NCBI GenBank assembly: GCA_951406725.2
Contig: OX597814.1
Coordinates: forward strand, 180,234,001-180,298,000
DNA from: Octopus vulgaris
Lineage: Eukaryota
Direction of reading: 5' to 3'
DNA length: 64,000 nucleotides
The translations under genes and the position numbers were made by a program. Each line of letters starts with the position of its first letter. The first letter of the stretch is position 1. Positions 26,058 to 39,426 of the stretch are shown piece by piece. Under the pieces are notes generated by a model that did no database searches, was not told the DNA's origin, and was given only the letters and a program-made list of their open reading frames with translations.

Positions 26058-27933
26058 TATGTATGTATGTATGTATGTATACACACACACACACACATAC
26101 ACACATACACAACTGCATTAATTTTTAGCAAGCTTGAGATAATGGGAGATGTTTTAGAAGGAAGTCCATGATTCCTCCAAACAGATAAGATGGCTATTGA
26201 TGTAATACTTACAGTCACATATCTCCTCAATCAGGACTGGCATAGTGTTTAACAATCACATTGATTGAAACTTTAATGTTTAGATACTTTTGCAGCTCAG
26301 TAGTCTGTCTTAGGCCCATTAGCCCAATTTTGATTCAATTATTTTTAACGAAGATATTCCATACTGATTTAAAAATAGCAATTTACTCTCTGTTTTCATG
26401 AAAGAAATTTCCACTTAAACCGAAGTCTGTTGTATACATTTATTTCACTACTATTGAATATCTGAAAAAAATTTCTTAAAATTTTCTTTGAAAGGAATAT
26501 TTCCATATTTTTGTATTTTATGCAAAAAACCATTGAACTGTATGATGTTCAAATTATCAGAACTGAGATTATTCCAAGATTTCCAGTTGTCATTAATATG
26601 CATGATGTCATTTTAAGAAATTTGTTGATCATTACAGTTCAACTTTCACTAAATTAGGTCACTATGATATTCTCATTCTTTCGGTTCTTGATTCTACGTT
26701 TTACTCATCAGCTTATTGTGACAATCACATTTTCTCCTTTGTTCATGCAATTAGTAAAGATAAATTAGGTCACTCTAGTATCCATGTGTTTCCAATTGTT
26801 CGCGCAGCTACATTGTAAGGTGTTGTAAGGAGTTTCCTTCCTAATCACATCGTTCCAGGTTCAGTCCTACTGCCTGGCACCTTGGGCAAGTGTCTCCTAC
26901 TATAAACCACCCAGGCTCAGTGAGTAGATTTGGTAAATGGAAACTGGAAGAAACCCGTTGTGTGTGTGTGTGTGTGTTTGTGTCTGCCCCCCACCATTGC
27001 TTGATGACTGAGCTTGGTTTGTTTACATTCCCATGACTTAGCGGTTCAGCAAAAGTAATGGATAGAATAAGTGTCAAGCTTTAAAAAATAAGTCCTGGGA
27101 TCTATTCATTTGATTAAATACACTTCAAAGCAATGTATGTATGTAAGTATGTATGTATGTAAGTATGTAAGTATGTATGTATTCATGCATGTATGTGTGT
27201 ATGTATGTATGTATGTATGTATGTATGCATGCATGCATGCATGCATGTATGTATGTATGTATGTATGTATGTATGTATGTATGTATGTATGTATGTATGT
27301 ATGTATTCATGCATGTATTCATGCATGTATGTGTGTATGTATGTATGTGCATGCGTGCATGTGTCTTTGTGTTTGTGTTTATCCAACTTGACAATCAGCG
27401 TTGGTTTGTTTGTGTCCCCATAACTTAGAGGTTCAGCAAAAGAGGTCATTAAAATAAGAATCAGGCTTTAAAAAAAAATAAGTACTGGAGTTGATTTGGT
27501 TGACAAAACCTTTCAAGGTGATGCCCCAGTATGGCCACAGTCCAATGACTGAAACAAATAAAACGTTATTGCACTAGTTATGTCCCCTCATTTTTCGTTT
27601 ATGTATGCCTTTCCAGTCCCCAACCCTCACTGTTTCCTAGCATAGTAATATTTCTCCATGGGCCAGACATGTTTTTCATGGAAGACTAGAAATGAACAAC
27701 CTCACTTATATGATGATGATGCTCATTTGTATTAATCACATTATGTCTAGACAAGGGTATACATATTTATTAAATAATATTATTAAACCGTTATGCAAAA
27801 GGTACAAAATTTAAATTTTACTATAGTTAAACCATATAATCTTCATCCTTCTCAGTACATATAAAAAAATATTTCTATACCCATTACTTTATAATCAAAA
27901 ATTTTTTATTAATATTTTCCTCAAAATCTTAAA

Positions 27934-28212
27934 CTACGTCGGCTGTGGGGTCATTCCGAAAAGCTCTATCTGCGACGACTTCATCTCAATCGAAGGAGAG
28001 GGGCTTTCTCCGTCCGGGTTGCGGATCCGTGGAACAAGCTGCCAGACAAGATGGTGAAGATGCCGACGACCGCTTTGTTCAAAGTCTCCCTTGACCTCAA
28101 GTGGCCTGAACTCTTTACATGAACACCACCCTGTACATAACTCCATGTCCCCCTACATGGCCTTGCTTTTTGCTTTTTGAGCCAAAAAATTTACTAACTA
28201 ACTAACTGACTA
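27934..28212 (+). mobile_element. CR1-clade LINE 3' end with (ACTA)n tail
   Basis: RRLWGHSEKLYLRRLHLNRRRG/FSVRVADPWNKLPDKMVKMPTTALFKVSLDLKW* matches the CR1 ORF2 C-terminus (RGH..KL..FS.RV..WN.LP..FK..LD). Confidence 0.85.
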
Positions 28213-29436
28213 CAAAATTTAATTTAAATCAAAAATAATTTAAATAAAATTATCCTCTCAATGTAAGTGAGACACATTACAATTATGTTAATTTTTGCAT
28301 ATATACTATCCCAGAAACAATTTCCATTACTTCTACTATGTTACGATTTATCTTATTTAAACAACAAAAGTGACGGGCGATATGTACACACACACACACA
28401 TATACATATATGACAGGCTTCTTTCAGTTTCCATCTAACAAATCCACTCACAAGGTTTTGGTCAGCCTAGGTCTGTAGTAGAAAACACTTGCCCAATTTG
28501 CTGTACAGTGGGACTGAACCCAAGACGACATGGTTGGAAAACAAGCTTCTTAACCACACACCCAAGCCTGCAACTATAATTTATTAAATAAAAATTGTAT
28601 GTTGTGATAGCATCAGCAAAGTTGCGTATCTAAATGTATCTAATGGGATGATAATATAAATAACTGATGAATGCCAGAAATTGAAATGGACAAAGTGGAA
28701 AATCTCAAAACATAACATGAATAATGGACTTGTTCACAATACAAAATCTCAGAGAGTGAGACAAATCATAAACAAGCGTTCAAAAGTGCATACATTTCTC
28801 ACTAATTCAATTTAGCTCTGTTAAATTTATGATGAATAGTTGAGTAGATAAAAAGTACCACAGTGACTTAATATAGTTCACTTCAGTGTATTGTCCTAAA
28901 AAGAAGAAACTTAACATGACAACTAGAGTAAACTTACTTATTTAGTTCCTTTAACTGTATGAACAACAAATTCTCTGCTTATCTTGTGACAGCATTCACC
29001 CGGGGTGGGTTGAGCTGGCTTCATTCATCCTCAATGCTGCATCTCTCACAAACACCAACCAGACCTGGCGATTTGAGGCTAATGATCGCGTGATCTCCAA
29101 CCACTCCTTATTCCAGCGGCGAATGCCATAGATATGGGGACCTGGGTTGGGTTCCAGATCAGCCTTGACTGTCATCAGCCTGGTTTTTCATTGTCCACCA
29201 CATCACGTTTGACCAATGCAAAACATAGAAAAGCAGATGTTAAATAATGATGGTGATGAAATTTTGCTAAGGACAGAGGATTGCCAGTATCATTAGAGCA
29301 TCAGATAAAAATTGCCTTGTGGTATTTGTTCCAGGTCTTTATGTCCTGAGTTAAAATCTTACCAAGATCAACTTTGCCTCTCACCATTTCCTAGTTGATA
29401 AAAGGAAGTACCAGTCTAATATATGGGTTAATTTAA

Positions 29437-29657
29437 CCCTTTCATTACTGTATTTATTTTGAGATGCTCTGTGTTTCTTTCAATTACTTTAAATATAACA
29501 AAGAGTTAAGTAAAATAACTTAGTTATCATTAATCTAGTGTTAGGAACATAAATTGTGAGTAAGGTTTGGTGGAAGATTTTAATTCAAAACTTATGAAAA
29601 CAAGACATTTGTACTACAGAGCCAGAGCCAGTTTCAGCCGGGTTAGTAACGAAAGGG
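29437..29657. mobile_element. piggyBac-type MITE
   Basis: TTAA-CCCTTTCATTACT ... AGTAACGAAAGGG-TTAA. Confidence 0.88.
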
Positions 29658-29894
29658 TTAAAAGACTAACCCCACACACACAAACTTCTATACTGGTTAG
29701 TCCACATTCCTCCATAAAGAGCATTGGGTCAGTTTTCCAGTTTCTCTGGTGTAAATATTTATTCCTGTATGGGAAACTGTCCATTGCATGTTTATTCTTT
29801 TGTACCAGCTGAGTGCACTGGAGTAACTTGAAATGAAATGTTTTGTTTACGAAGACAATGCATCAGCCAGTCCAGGAACCAAAACCACAATCTT

Positions 29895-30283
29895 ATTTCT
29901 TTTATTGCCCACAAGGGGTTACACACAGAGAGGACAAACAAGGGAATACAAATGGATTAAGTCAATTACATCGACTCCAGTGCATAACTGGTACTTCATT
30001 TATCAACCCTGAAAGGATGAAAGGCAAAGTCGACCTCGATGGAATTTGAACTCAGAACGTAAAGACAGATGAAGTACCTATTTCTTTATTACCCACAAGG
30101 GGCTACACACAGAGAGGACAAACAAGGACAGACAAATGGATTAAGTTGATTACATCGACCCCAGTGCGTAACTGGTACTTAATTTATCGACCCCAAAAGT
30201 TTGAAAGACAAAGTCAACCTCGACAGACGAAATACTGCTAAGCATTTCGCCCGGCATGCTAACGTTTCTGCCAGCTCGCCACC
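29895..30283 (-). mobile_element. SINE family A dimer
   Basis: Head GGTGGCGAGCTGGCAG at ~30283, two tandem core+tail units. Confidence 0.88.
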
Positions 30284-30300
30284 CCTTTTTTCTTTTTCTC

Positions 30301-30417
30301 GCTTACAGCACCTAGGTTTCCCAAGCGGCCACCTATCTAAGTACTAACAAGGTTTGACATTGCTTAACTTCGGTGATCGGACGAGAACCAGTGCTTTCAA
30401 CATGAATGGCCATAAGC
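30301..30417 (-). rRNA. 5S rRNA copy, near full length, probably a retropseudogene
   Basis: Minus strand GCTTATGGCCATTCATGTTGAAAGCACTGGTTCTCGTCCGATCACCGAAGTTAAGCAATG..TTAGTACTTAGATAGGTGGCCGCTTGGGAAACCTAGGTGCTGTAAGC matches animal 5S including box A and box C regions; several CpG-type substitutions; followed by an A-rich linker rather than an oligo-T terminator. Confidence 0.9.
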
Positions 30418-31627
30418 AAAACCACAATCTTGTGTTGCCCAGTACAGGAATTTAAACCACAATCTTATGATCATGAATTCAACAACCTAACCACTAAACC
30501 ATGTGCTTCCATCCTTCTATTCTAGGAACAATTATTTAATAAATCTACAGGTATGCTAATGTTACTACAACAAATAAGAGTACTTTATGTATTAAACTCC
30601 AGCCACTCTCTGAAATCTAATGAATCTAAAGTCCACTTTGGGATATCCTGGGTAGCATGATATCTTACATATCAAGACATCTTCAGTGTTAAGACTTAGA
30701 TATTAAAATATACTTGATAACATTACTTAGTCATCAAGGTATCTTAAGAATGAAGATAACAAACATATCAAAACATCATTGATATCAATACAATTAGATA
30801 TTACCACATGGTTCCAGGTTCAGTCCCACTGTGTGGCACCTTGGGCAAGTGTCTACTACTATAGCCTTGGTCTGAGCAAAGCCTTGTGAGTGGATTTGGT
30901 AGATGGAAACTGAAAGAAGCCCGTCATATATATGCGCCTGGAGAATCCATGTCAGTGTCATTTACTGTTCAAAAAAACCTAGTATTTCTAGTTTTTGTGT
31001 AAATTTGTTGGTACATAGTGTAATGCACCCATGCTGATTTGTACTAATGGGAATTTATAGTCAGGGTACAAGAGCTGTAAGCTCTGCATTAATTCACCAT
31101 AAAAGCCTTGTGAGTGGATTTGGTAGATGGAAACTGAAAGAAGCCCATCATATATATGCGCCTGGAGAATCCATGTCAGTGTCATTTACTGTTCAAAAAA
31201 ACCTAGTATTTCTAGGTTTTTGTGTAAATTTGTTGGTACATGCTGATTTGTACTAATGGGAATTTATAGTCAGGGTACAAGAGCTGTAAGCTCTGCATTA
31301 ATTCACCATAAATGTTCTTTTTCAAAGACTTTTCATTGTACATTCATTGTACATTCATATCTGCTTGGGCAGCTGACCTCTGCAACAGTCAGGTCTGTTA
31401 TGGTTGTACTGAATTATGGGAGTGTTCCACCAGAATTCTTTGATTTTAAAGGTGTGAATGTCCTGATATGCCATTGATGTATTGCATCAGTGCAATCCTT
31501 TCAGCAGATAGCATTGTAAATAATCTATGCATGCATGTGTGCATGTGTGTGTGTGTCTGTGTGTGTATGTGTCTGTGTGTGTGTGTGTCTATACATGCAT
31601 GTGTGTGTGTCTATACATGCATGTGTG

Positions 31628-31658
<31 letters not shown>

Positions 31659-31664
31659 CTGTGT

Positions 31665-31715
<51 letters not shown>

Positions 31716-31860
31716 TGTGTGTGTGTCTATGTCTGTGTGTGTGTGTGTCTATGTCTCTGTGTGTGTGTGTGTCTATACATGCATGTGTGCATGTGTGTGT
31801 GTGTGTGTCTGTGTGTGTGTCTGTGTCTCTGTGTGTGTGTCTGTGTCTCTGTGTGTGTGT

Positions 31861-31903
<43 letters not shown>

Positions 31904-32459
31904 TGTGTTTATGTGTGTTTGCACCCAGTGGTAGAATGGTAGAATCATTAACACAGAGAATGCTTAGTGGAATTTTGTCTGTCTTTATATTCCGAGTTCA
32001 AATTCCACCAAAGTCAATTTTGCCTTTCATCCTTTCAGACTGAATTGGAACACAATGCAGTCAATACAGTCTTCAGACCCATCACATCCCCTCAAACCAT
32101 CCAATCCATTCCAGCATGGAATGTGGACATTAAATGATGATAATGACGATGATGATAATGATAATGATGATGATAGTGAATGTGATAATATATTCAATAC
32201 AAACACACACACACACACACACACATGCATACATACACATGTCATCCAAAAAACAGAACCCATAAAGTATTCATGGTTTACCTTAGTGTAACACATTAAA
32301 TCTCATCTCTTTTCTGACCAAAGCCAATAAAATCTGATCACATGATCACTCTGTCTCCCTGCATCTCTTCCTTTATTTTTCTCTCTCTCTCCCTTTTAAT
32401 CTTCTCTTTTCTCTCTATCCTTGTCTTACATCTTTCTCTCTATTTTTCCTTTATTTCTA

Positions 32460-33050
32460 TCTATCTATCTCTCTGTCTATCTTTCTCTTTATGTTTTCCT
32501 TTGTCTCTATCTCTCTGTCTATCTTTCCCTCTCTTTTTCCTGTCTCTATCTCTCTGTCTATCTATCTCTCTCTTTTTCCTGTCTCTATCTCTCTGTCTAT
32601 CTTTCTCTCTCTTTTTCCTGTCTCTATCTCTCTGTCTATCTATCTCTCTATTTTTCCTGTCTCTATCTCTCTGTCTATCTATCTCTCTCTTTTTCCTGTC
32701 TCTATCTCTCTGTCTATCTATCTCTCTCTTTTTCCTGTCTCTATCTCTCTGTCTATCTTTCTCTCTCTTTTTCCTGTCTCTATCTCTCTGTCTATCTATC
32801 TCTCTCTTTTTCCTGTCTCTATCTCTCTGTCTATCTATCTCTCTCTTTTTCCTGTCTCTATCTCTCTGTCTATCTTTCTCTCTCTTTTTCCTGTCTCTAT
32901 TTCTCTGTCTATCTTTCTCTCTCTTTTTCCTTTGTCTCTATCTCTCTGTCTATCTTTCTCTATTTTCCCTTTATCTCTATCTATCTCTTTGTCTATCTTT
33001 CTCTCTATTTTTTCTTTGTTTCTCTCTACCTCTCTGTCTATCTTTCCCTC
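32460..33050. repeat. 39-bp pyrimidine-rich minisatellite (~13-15 units)
   Basis: Unit approx. CTCTCTGTCTATCTWTCTCTCTCTTTTTCCTGTCTCTAT; appears as a 13-aa period in the ORF track. Confidence 0.9.
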
Positions 33051-33084
33051 ATTCCCTCTCTCTTTCTTCTTCCTCCCTCCATAA

Positions 33085-33125
<41 letters not shown>

Positions 33126-33730
33126 CTCCTTGCTCTCAACCTTCCTCTCAGACTCTTTCTTTATCTCTCACTTTCTTTAAGTCTCTCTTTCACTCTCTTC
33201 TATCTTCCTTTTGATGTCAATATCCTGCCCTCCCTCTCTTTCTCTCTCATTCTCTCCCTTCCCATTCTCTCTCTCTCTTTCTCATTCTCTCTCCTCTTCT
33301 TCTCTCTCTCTCTCCTCTCTCTCTCTCTCAATCCAACACCACCCATCCCTTTGCATATCTGTTATTCTAACTTTTCTCTTTATTTAATCCTGAAATTAGC
33401 TCTAACTGAGCACACTTGTGGATCAAAGGTATTCCAACCATGACTATCCATACTTAATTTCTAGTATAGTGTACTTTAAACAACACTAGTTAACCTCTGC
33501 TACACTATTAAACTTTTCAGATTTCTCTTCACTCTTTCTCACCCTCACTCTCTTTCATCCTCACTCTCTTTCACCCTCACTCTCTCACTCTCTCTCATCT
33601 TCACTCTCTCTCTCTCCTTTTCTAACAATCCTTATCTCTTCATACATATCACATTCACTCTCTCACTCTCCCTATCACTTCAGGCTCACCACACTCACTC
33701 GCCAATGCTCTTTCCCCCTCTCTCTCTTTC

Positions 33731-33824
<94 letters not shown>

Positions 33825-34054
33825 ACTCTTTTACTCTTTTACTTGTTTCAGTCATTTGTCTGTGGCCATGCTGGAGCACCGCTTTTTTAGTTGAGCAAAT
33901 CGACCCCAGGACTTATTCTTTGTAAGCCTAGTACTTATTCTATCGGTCTCTTTTGCCAAACCGTTGAGTTACGGGGATGTAAACACACCAGCATCAGTTG
34001 TCAAGCGATGTAGAGGGGACAAACACAGACACACAAACACACACACACACATAT

Positions 34055-34096
<42 letters not shown>

Positions 34097-34212
34097 GACG
34101 GGCTTCTTTCAGTTTCCGTCTACCAAATCCACTCACAAAGCTTTGGTCGGCCCGAGGTTCAGAACTATGTGGTTCGTAAGCAAGCTACTTACCACACAAC
34201 CTCTCCTACACC
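33825..34212 (-). mobile_element. SINE family B with internal deletion
   Basis: Reverse complement of the family B consensus. Confidence 0.87.
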
Positions 34213-34244
34213 TATCTATCTATCTATATATCTATCTATATATC

Positions 34245-34432
34245 TAGTTAATCCAAACAAGAAAGCACAAAAAAACAACAACGCGAGGTCGTGGAACAAA
34301 TATAGGAAAGAAGGAAAGAAGGAAAGAAGGAGGGTTTAACGTTTCGAGCGGAGCTCTTCGTCGGAAACATAGGAGAAGGAAAGATCCAGACAAGGGAAGA
34401 GGAAAAAAAATCGCCAACGGTACACACGAGGT
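34245..34432 (-). mobile_element. Short hammerhead-bearing PLE-derived repeat (HHR 34334-34368)
   Basis: Minus strand GTTT-CCGACGA-A-GAGC tcc GCTC-GAAA-CG-TT-AAAC; ends ..TTGGATTAACTA into (TA)n; related copies at 61200-61410, 44985-45130 and tail-only at 40873-40945. Confidence 0.7.
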
Positions 34433-35128
34433 CCTATCTATCTACCTATCTATCTACCTACCTACCTACCTACCTACCTACCTACCTATCTATCTATCTA
34501 TCGATCTACCTATCTGTTTCTCTCACAATACCCTCTCTCTACCCATTCATGCTCACCACATGCATTCTTCTATTGTCTCTATGTCTTCATGCTCACCACT
34601 CTCTCTCACTCTCTTTCTCTCTATTCCTCTCTCTATCTCTTTCACGCTCACCATGAAGCTTGTAGTAAAACATCTACTAAAAGCTTTTTCTTATCTTGGG
34701 ACAAGGAAATACATATGATACGGTTTTTCTCACAGGAAAAAAAAAACCCATACCAATGTGGTATATCTGTCAAGATATTCTCTTTTATTCTTTCTTCTCT
34801 GTCTCTCTCTATTTCATACTCACAACAACCATTCACTCTCTCTCTCTCTCTCTCTCTCCCTCTCTCTTTCACTTACTCTGTCTCTGTGAGTATTTCCTTT
34901 TGATCACACAATTACTCTAACACTCTATCTCATTCATGCTCACAATACTTACTCTATCAGTCTCTCATTCTCAATCTCAATCTATCCCTTTCATGCTCAC
35001 CCTACATACCCTCTCACTAACTTTATCCCTCTGTTTCAGTTTCTGTATGTCTCCCTCTCTCTCTCTCTCTTCCCTCCATCTCATTTTCTAACCATCTCTC
35101 TCTCTCTCTGTCTTTTTCTTGTTCACAA

Positions 35129-35165
<37 letters not shown>

Positions 35166-35395
35166 CTTGTTCACAATCATTCTCTCTCTCTCTCTCTTGT
35201 TCACAATCATTCTCTCTCTCTCTCTCTCTCTTTCTTGTTCACAATCATTCTCTCTCTCTCTCTTTCTCTCTCTTTTTTTCTTGTTCACAATCATTCTCTC
35301 TCTTTCTCTCTCTCTCTCTGTCTTTTTCTTGTTCACAATCATTCTCTCTCTCTTTCTCTGTCTTTTTCTTGTTCACAATCATTCTCCCTCTCTCC

Positions 35396-35454
<59 letters not shown>

Positions 35455-35643
35455 ATGTTCTCTATTTCAATCTATCTTTCATCCACACCACTCACACATT
35501 CACTCCCTCACTCTCCCTATCTTTTTCAGTCTCTTTCATCACCGATACTTCTCTCCTTCTTTCTCATTCTCTGCCTTTCTCTTTCAATTTTTCTATCTGT
35601 CTATACTTTCAGTCTTTTATTCTTTCACTGGTTTCAGTCTTTG

Positions 35644-36063
35644 CTATGGTTTCCCTCCAGCAAGGATCCATTTGTGATAAGTTAATTGAGCCCTGTGATA
35701 AAATATTTTACTGCAGATATCACAGTGATATGGTTTCACTCTAACTGTGGATCCAGTTGTGAGTACACTGACAGCCTTCACCAGAGAATGCTTTATCACA
35801 GATATCACAGAGGTATGGTCTCTGTCTTGAACAGAACCAGCTTTAGCAAGTAAACAAGCTGCCTTTTTGAAAAAATATTTTCTCGTAGATATAGTGGTGT
35901 AGGCGTAGGAGTGGCTGTGTGGTAAGTAGCTTGTTTACTAACCACATGGTTCCGGGTTCAGTCCCACTGCGTGGCACCTTGGGTAAGCGTCTTCTACTAT
36001 AGCCTCGGGCCGACCAAAGCCTTGTGAGTGGATTTGGTAGACGGAAACTGAAAGAAGCCCCTC

Positions 36064-36111
<48 letters not shown>

Positions 36112-36984
36112 CTGTGTTTGTGTGTCTGTGTTTGTCCCCCAAGCATTGCTTGACAACCGATGCTGGTGTGTTTATGTCCCTGTTACTTAGCGGTTCGGCA
36201 AAAGAGACCGATAGAATAAGTACTGGGCTTACAAAAGAATAAATCCTGGAGTAGAGTTGCTCGATTAAAGGCGGTGCTCCAGCATGGCCGCAGTCAGATG
36301 ACTGAAACAAGTAAAAGAGAGTAAAAAAGAGAGTGGCACAATTTCTCTTCTGTGAGCAGACTGAATGCCTTCTTGAAAAAAATGTTTTACCATACACTTA
36401 TACAGTAGTATGGTTTCTGCCTTGTGTGGGCCCATTCGAGAGTAAATGGGCTGCCTTCTAGGGAAAGCTTTACCACATGTCCCAGTGATATAGTTTCTCT
36501 TCAGTGTGGATTCATTCATGGATAGACCAACCGCCTTCTTGAGAAAGTGTTTTACTATAGATAAAACAGTTGTATGGCGTCTCTTTTGTGTGGGTCCATC
36601 AACTTGTAGACAGACACACTGCATTTTTGAGAAAGCATTTTATCACAGACTGTCACATGATGTGGTTTCTCTCCCTTGTGAATACATATCTAGAAAAGTA
36701 AATGACCAATGTAAGAGAATGTTTTTCTACAGATATCTCACTAGTGCAGTTTCTCTCCTATGTGAACACATTCAAGCAGAGATAAGAGAAAGCTTTTATA
36801 AAATGTTTTACCATAAACTTCTCAGTTGTGCAGCAAGCAATGAAGACTGGCTGAATGAATCTGTGTTGAATTCAGTTATTTCTTATTGTGAATACTCCCC
36901 ACAGCTATCAGAAGGGTATGATGATTTGTTTTCTGCATTTTCCTGTGTCTGACAAGATAAATCAATGATTTTATCTGCGATTCA
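35644..36984 (-). pseudogene. Tandem C2H2 zinc-finger gene exon, pseudogenised (stops, frameshifts, SINE insertion)
   Basis: Minus-strand fragments VHIGEKLH**DICRKTFS, IHKGEKPHHVTVCDK, IHTEEKLYH, QRPYLCDICDKAFS..HNWIH, VKPYHCDICSKIFYHRAQLTYHKWILAGGKP*; 3' splice site TTATTGTTTTCAG immediately before 36984. Confidence 0.85.
35902..36331 (+). mobile_element. Young SINE family B inserted into the ZNF exon
   Basis: Full consensus with CpGs retained; flanks AGTGGTGTA / AGTGGCACA look like a decayed TSD. Confidence 0.92.
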
Positions 36985-38295
36985 CTGAAAACAATAATTT
37001 CATTTTTCAACCCAACAATACAAAATTAGTTCTTTTAATTTCTTTCTGTTTGCTTTATAGTTTGTAACAAAAATATTTTTTTAAATCATATTTTCATTGT
37101 ATAGTGGTATTTATGAAAGTTTGTTTACGTCTCTTCAAGTAGATTTAAGAAAGAGTCTTATAAGCAATAACAAGCAAATAAAGAATCATTAAAATAATTC
37201 CAATTAACAAGGTATATCCAAATGTGTGGGTGTACACACTCTAAGTTGGATACATGGTTGCATTATGATAAATAATTCCAGATTTATCCAGAACTTTCAG
37301 CTTGCCAATATAGGCATTTTTGCAAATAATTTAATTTTTATGACAATATCTTTCCTCCATTCAATCAAGAATTGTAAAAAAACAACAGGTTAACATCCAA
37401 TTTCATCACAAACATTTTTAATGCCCACTTTTCCATGTTTCCATGGGTGAAACAGAATTTGTTGGTGTAGATTTTCTTCAACAAGACACCCTTTCTGTTA
37501 CCAAACTGCCCCTGCATCCAAGGAAAGTGATATTTCCCTTAGGCCAAATTTGCTTTTCATGGACAACTAGAAATGAACAACATGCTTGTTTATAACCATC
37601 ATAGGATGTCAAGACAAGGACACACACACTCATGACAGGTTTCTTCCACTTTCTGTCAACCAAACCCATTCACAAGGCTTTGGATGACCAGGGGCTATGA
37701 TAGAAGACACTAGCCCAAGATAACATGTAGTGAGACTTAGCCTAAGATAATATGTAGTGAGACTTAGCCTTAACCACACAGCTACACTTATCTTAGTTTG
37801 TTGAAATAAATTTTTGCTTCAACAGGTGATAAGCATGATGGTCATATTGGATGAAATACTTTTATCCCAGTTCATTAAACTAACAGGTATACCACCCTCT
37901 AGGTGAATGTCTGCTATTGTATGTCATGTTTGCTTGGGCAACATTGCTGTTATATGCATATTGGCCAACATATATAAAACTTGAAATGAGGAATTTCTAT
38001 GTAATTTTGATATGATAAAAAGATATAGTGTAAAAATTTTCACAAATATTCTCAAAGAGAAAGTTTGTGATCACTTATTTTTAATGAAGCGCATTGAATA
38101 AAGGCAACAGAGAGTGAGAGAGAAGTAGAGAGAGGGGGTCGAGAGAGGGAGAAAGAGAGAGAACATTGTAAGGAAGCAGTAGAAGTAAAGGGATACAAGT
38201 GTAAAACTTTAAAAACATTATATTGCAGTGAATGAAAAATCATTTCTGATTGAAGCATGTAGTTGAAATCATCAATAATAAAAGAAACTTGAAAA

Positions 38296-39426
38296 TGACT
38301 CATCCCATAAGTTCTGTCCGAATTTTGAATAAAGAAAATGTTTTATAACATTTGATCAAATGCTATATTTAATTGAAATTTAATCATCAAAGTGAAGAAC
38401 TCTGAAATGTCAGTTTTGACCTCCTCCTGGCTTGCAAAAGTTATGTCCCCCAAATGATTCTGTAAACTATGAAACAAATGATAGTCTGAAGAAGCAAGGT
38501 CAGGAGAATAAGCTGGATGAGGAATTTTTTCCCAACCAAGCTCTTCGATCTTCTGTGATGTGATCTTTGCAGTGCGGTGTTGCGCATTGTCCTGATGAAA
38601 CATCACTCCTTTTTTATTCACTAAAGCGGATCTTTTCAAAGCTTGCTTCAAACGCTCTAATTGCTGACAGTATGCTTGAGCATTGATTGTTGCATTAGGT
38701 GGTAACAATTCAAAGTGAACTACTCCTTTGCAATCCCACCAGATAGAGAGAAGAACCTTTTTCCCATGAAGTTCCCTTCTTGGTTGTGGTTGAGCTATTT
38801 CCCTTTTACCAAGCCATTGTTTATGACGTTTAACATTTCAATAGAAGATCCATTTTTCGTCACCACTCACAAGTCTATCCAGAAAGGGTGAAATGAGTGC
38901 GAGAATGGAGAGAAGAGCAAATGTCAACTCGGGATTTGCAGTTGCTTTCAGACAATTCATGAGGCACCCATTTTCCAAGATTAGGAACCTTTTCAAGTTG
39001 TTGAAGATGATGATGAACAGTTGTATGGTGAACAGTTGTATTGCCAATTCTTCAACTGATAATGCAGGATTTTTTTCAAGTAATACCTCAAGGAGCTTAT
39101 CATCAAACTCAACTGGATGTCCTGTTAGATCTTCATCTTCAAGGCTGAAATCTTCACTTCTGAATTTTGCAAACCATGTTCTGCAAGTTCTTTCATTCAA
39201 GCATTCTTTCCCATAAACTGAGTGTATGTTTCAAGTTGCTTTGGCTGCAGGGTTTCCTTTTTTGTACTCATAAAGCATTATGTGCCTCAAATGCTCTTTG
39301 GATACTTCCATGTTAGAAAGGGTTTTAATCAAAAATATTTTAATTCTATTACTCTGTAAAATGATATTAAAATTCATTCAATTTTAAAAATGGTAAAATC
39401 AGACAGAACTTATGGGGTGACCTGGT
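38296..39426 (-). mobile_element. Mariner transposon (D,D34D; cecropia/Hsmar1-like), defective transposase 39311->38343
   Basis: TIRs TCATCCCATAAGTTCTGTC / GACAGAACTTATGGGGTGA; MEVSKEHLRHIMLYEYKKG..WFAKFRSEDFSLEDE..GDEKWIFY..FHQDNA..YSPDLASSDYHLF; internal stop and frameshifts. Confidence 0.95.

Noticed and set aside
32342-33443. 290-340-aa ORFs with a 13-aa period
   Set aside because: They arise from a 39-bp pyrimidine minisatellite that is open in several frames.
35105-35385. Repeated TTCTTGTTCACAATCATTCTC separated by variable sequence, superficially CRISPR-like
   Set aside because: The spacers are only (CT)n of varying length, the context is eukaryotic and there are no cas genes; it is a minisatellite.
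36506-36952. 148-aa plus-strand Cys-rich ORF
   Set aside because: It is the antisense shadow of the minus-strand zinc-finger pseudogene.
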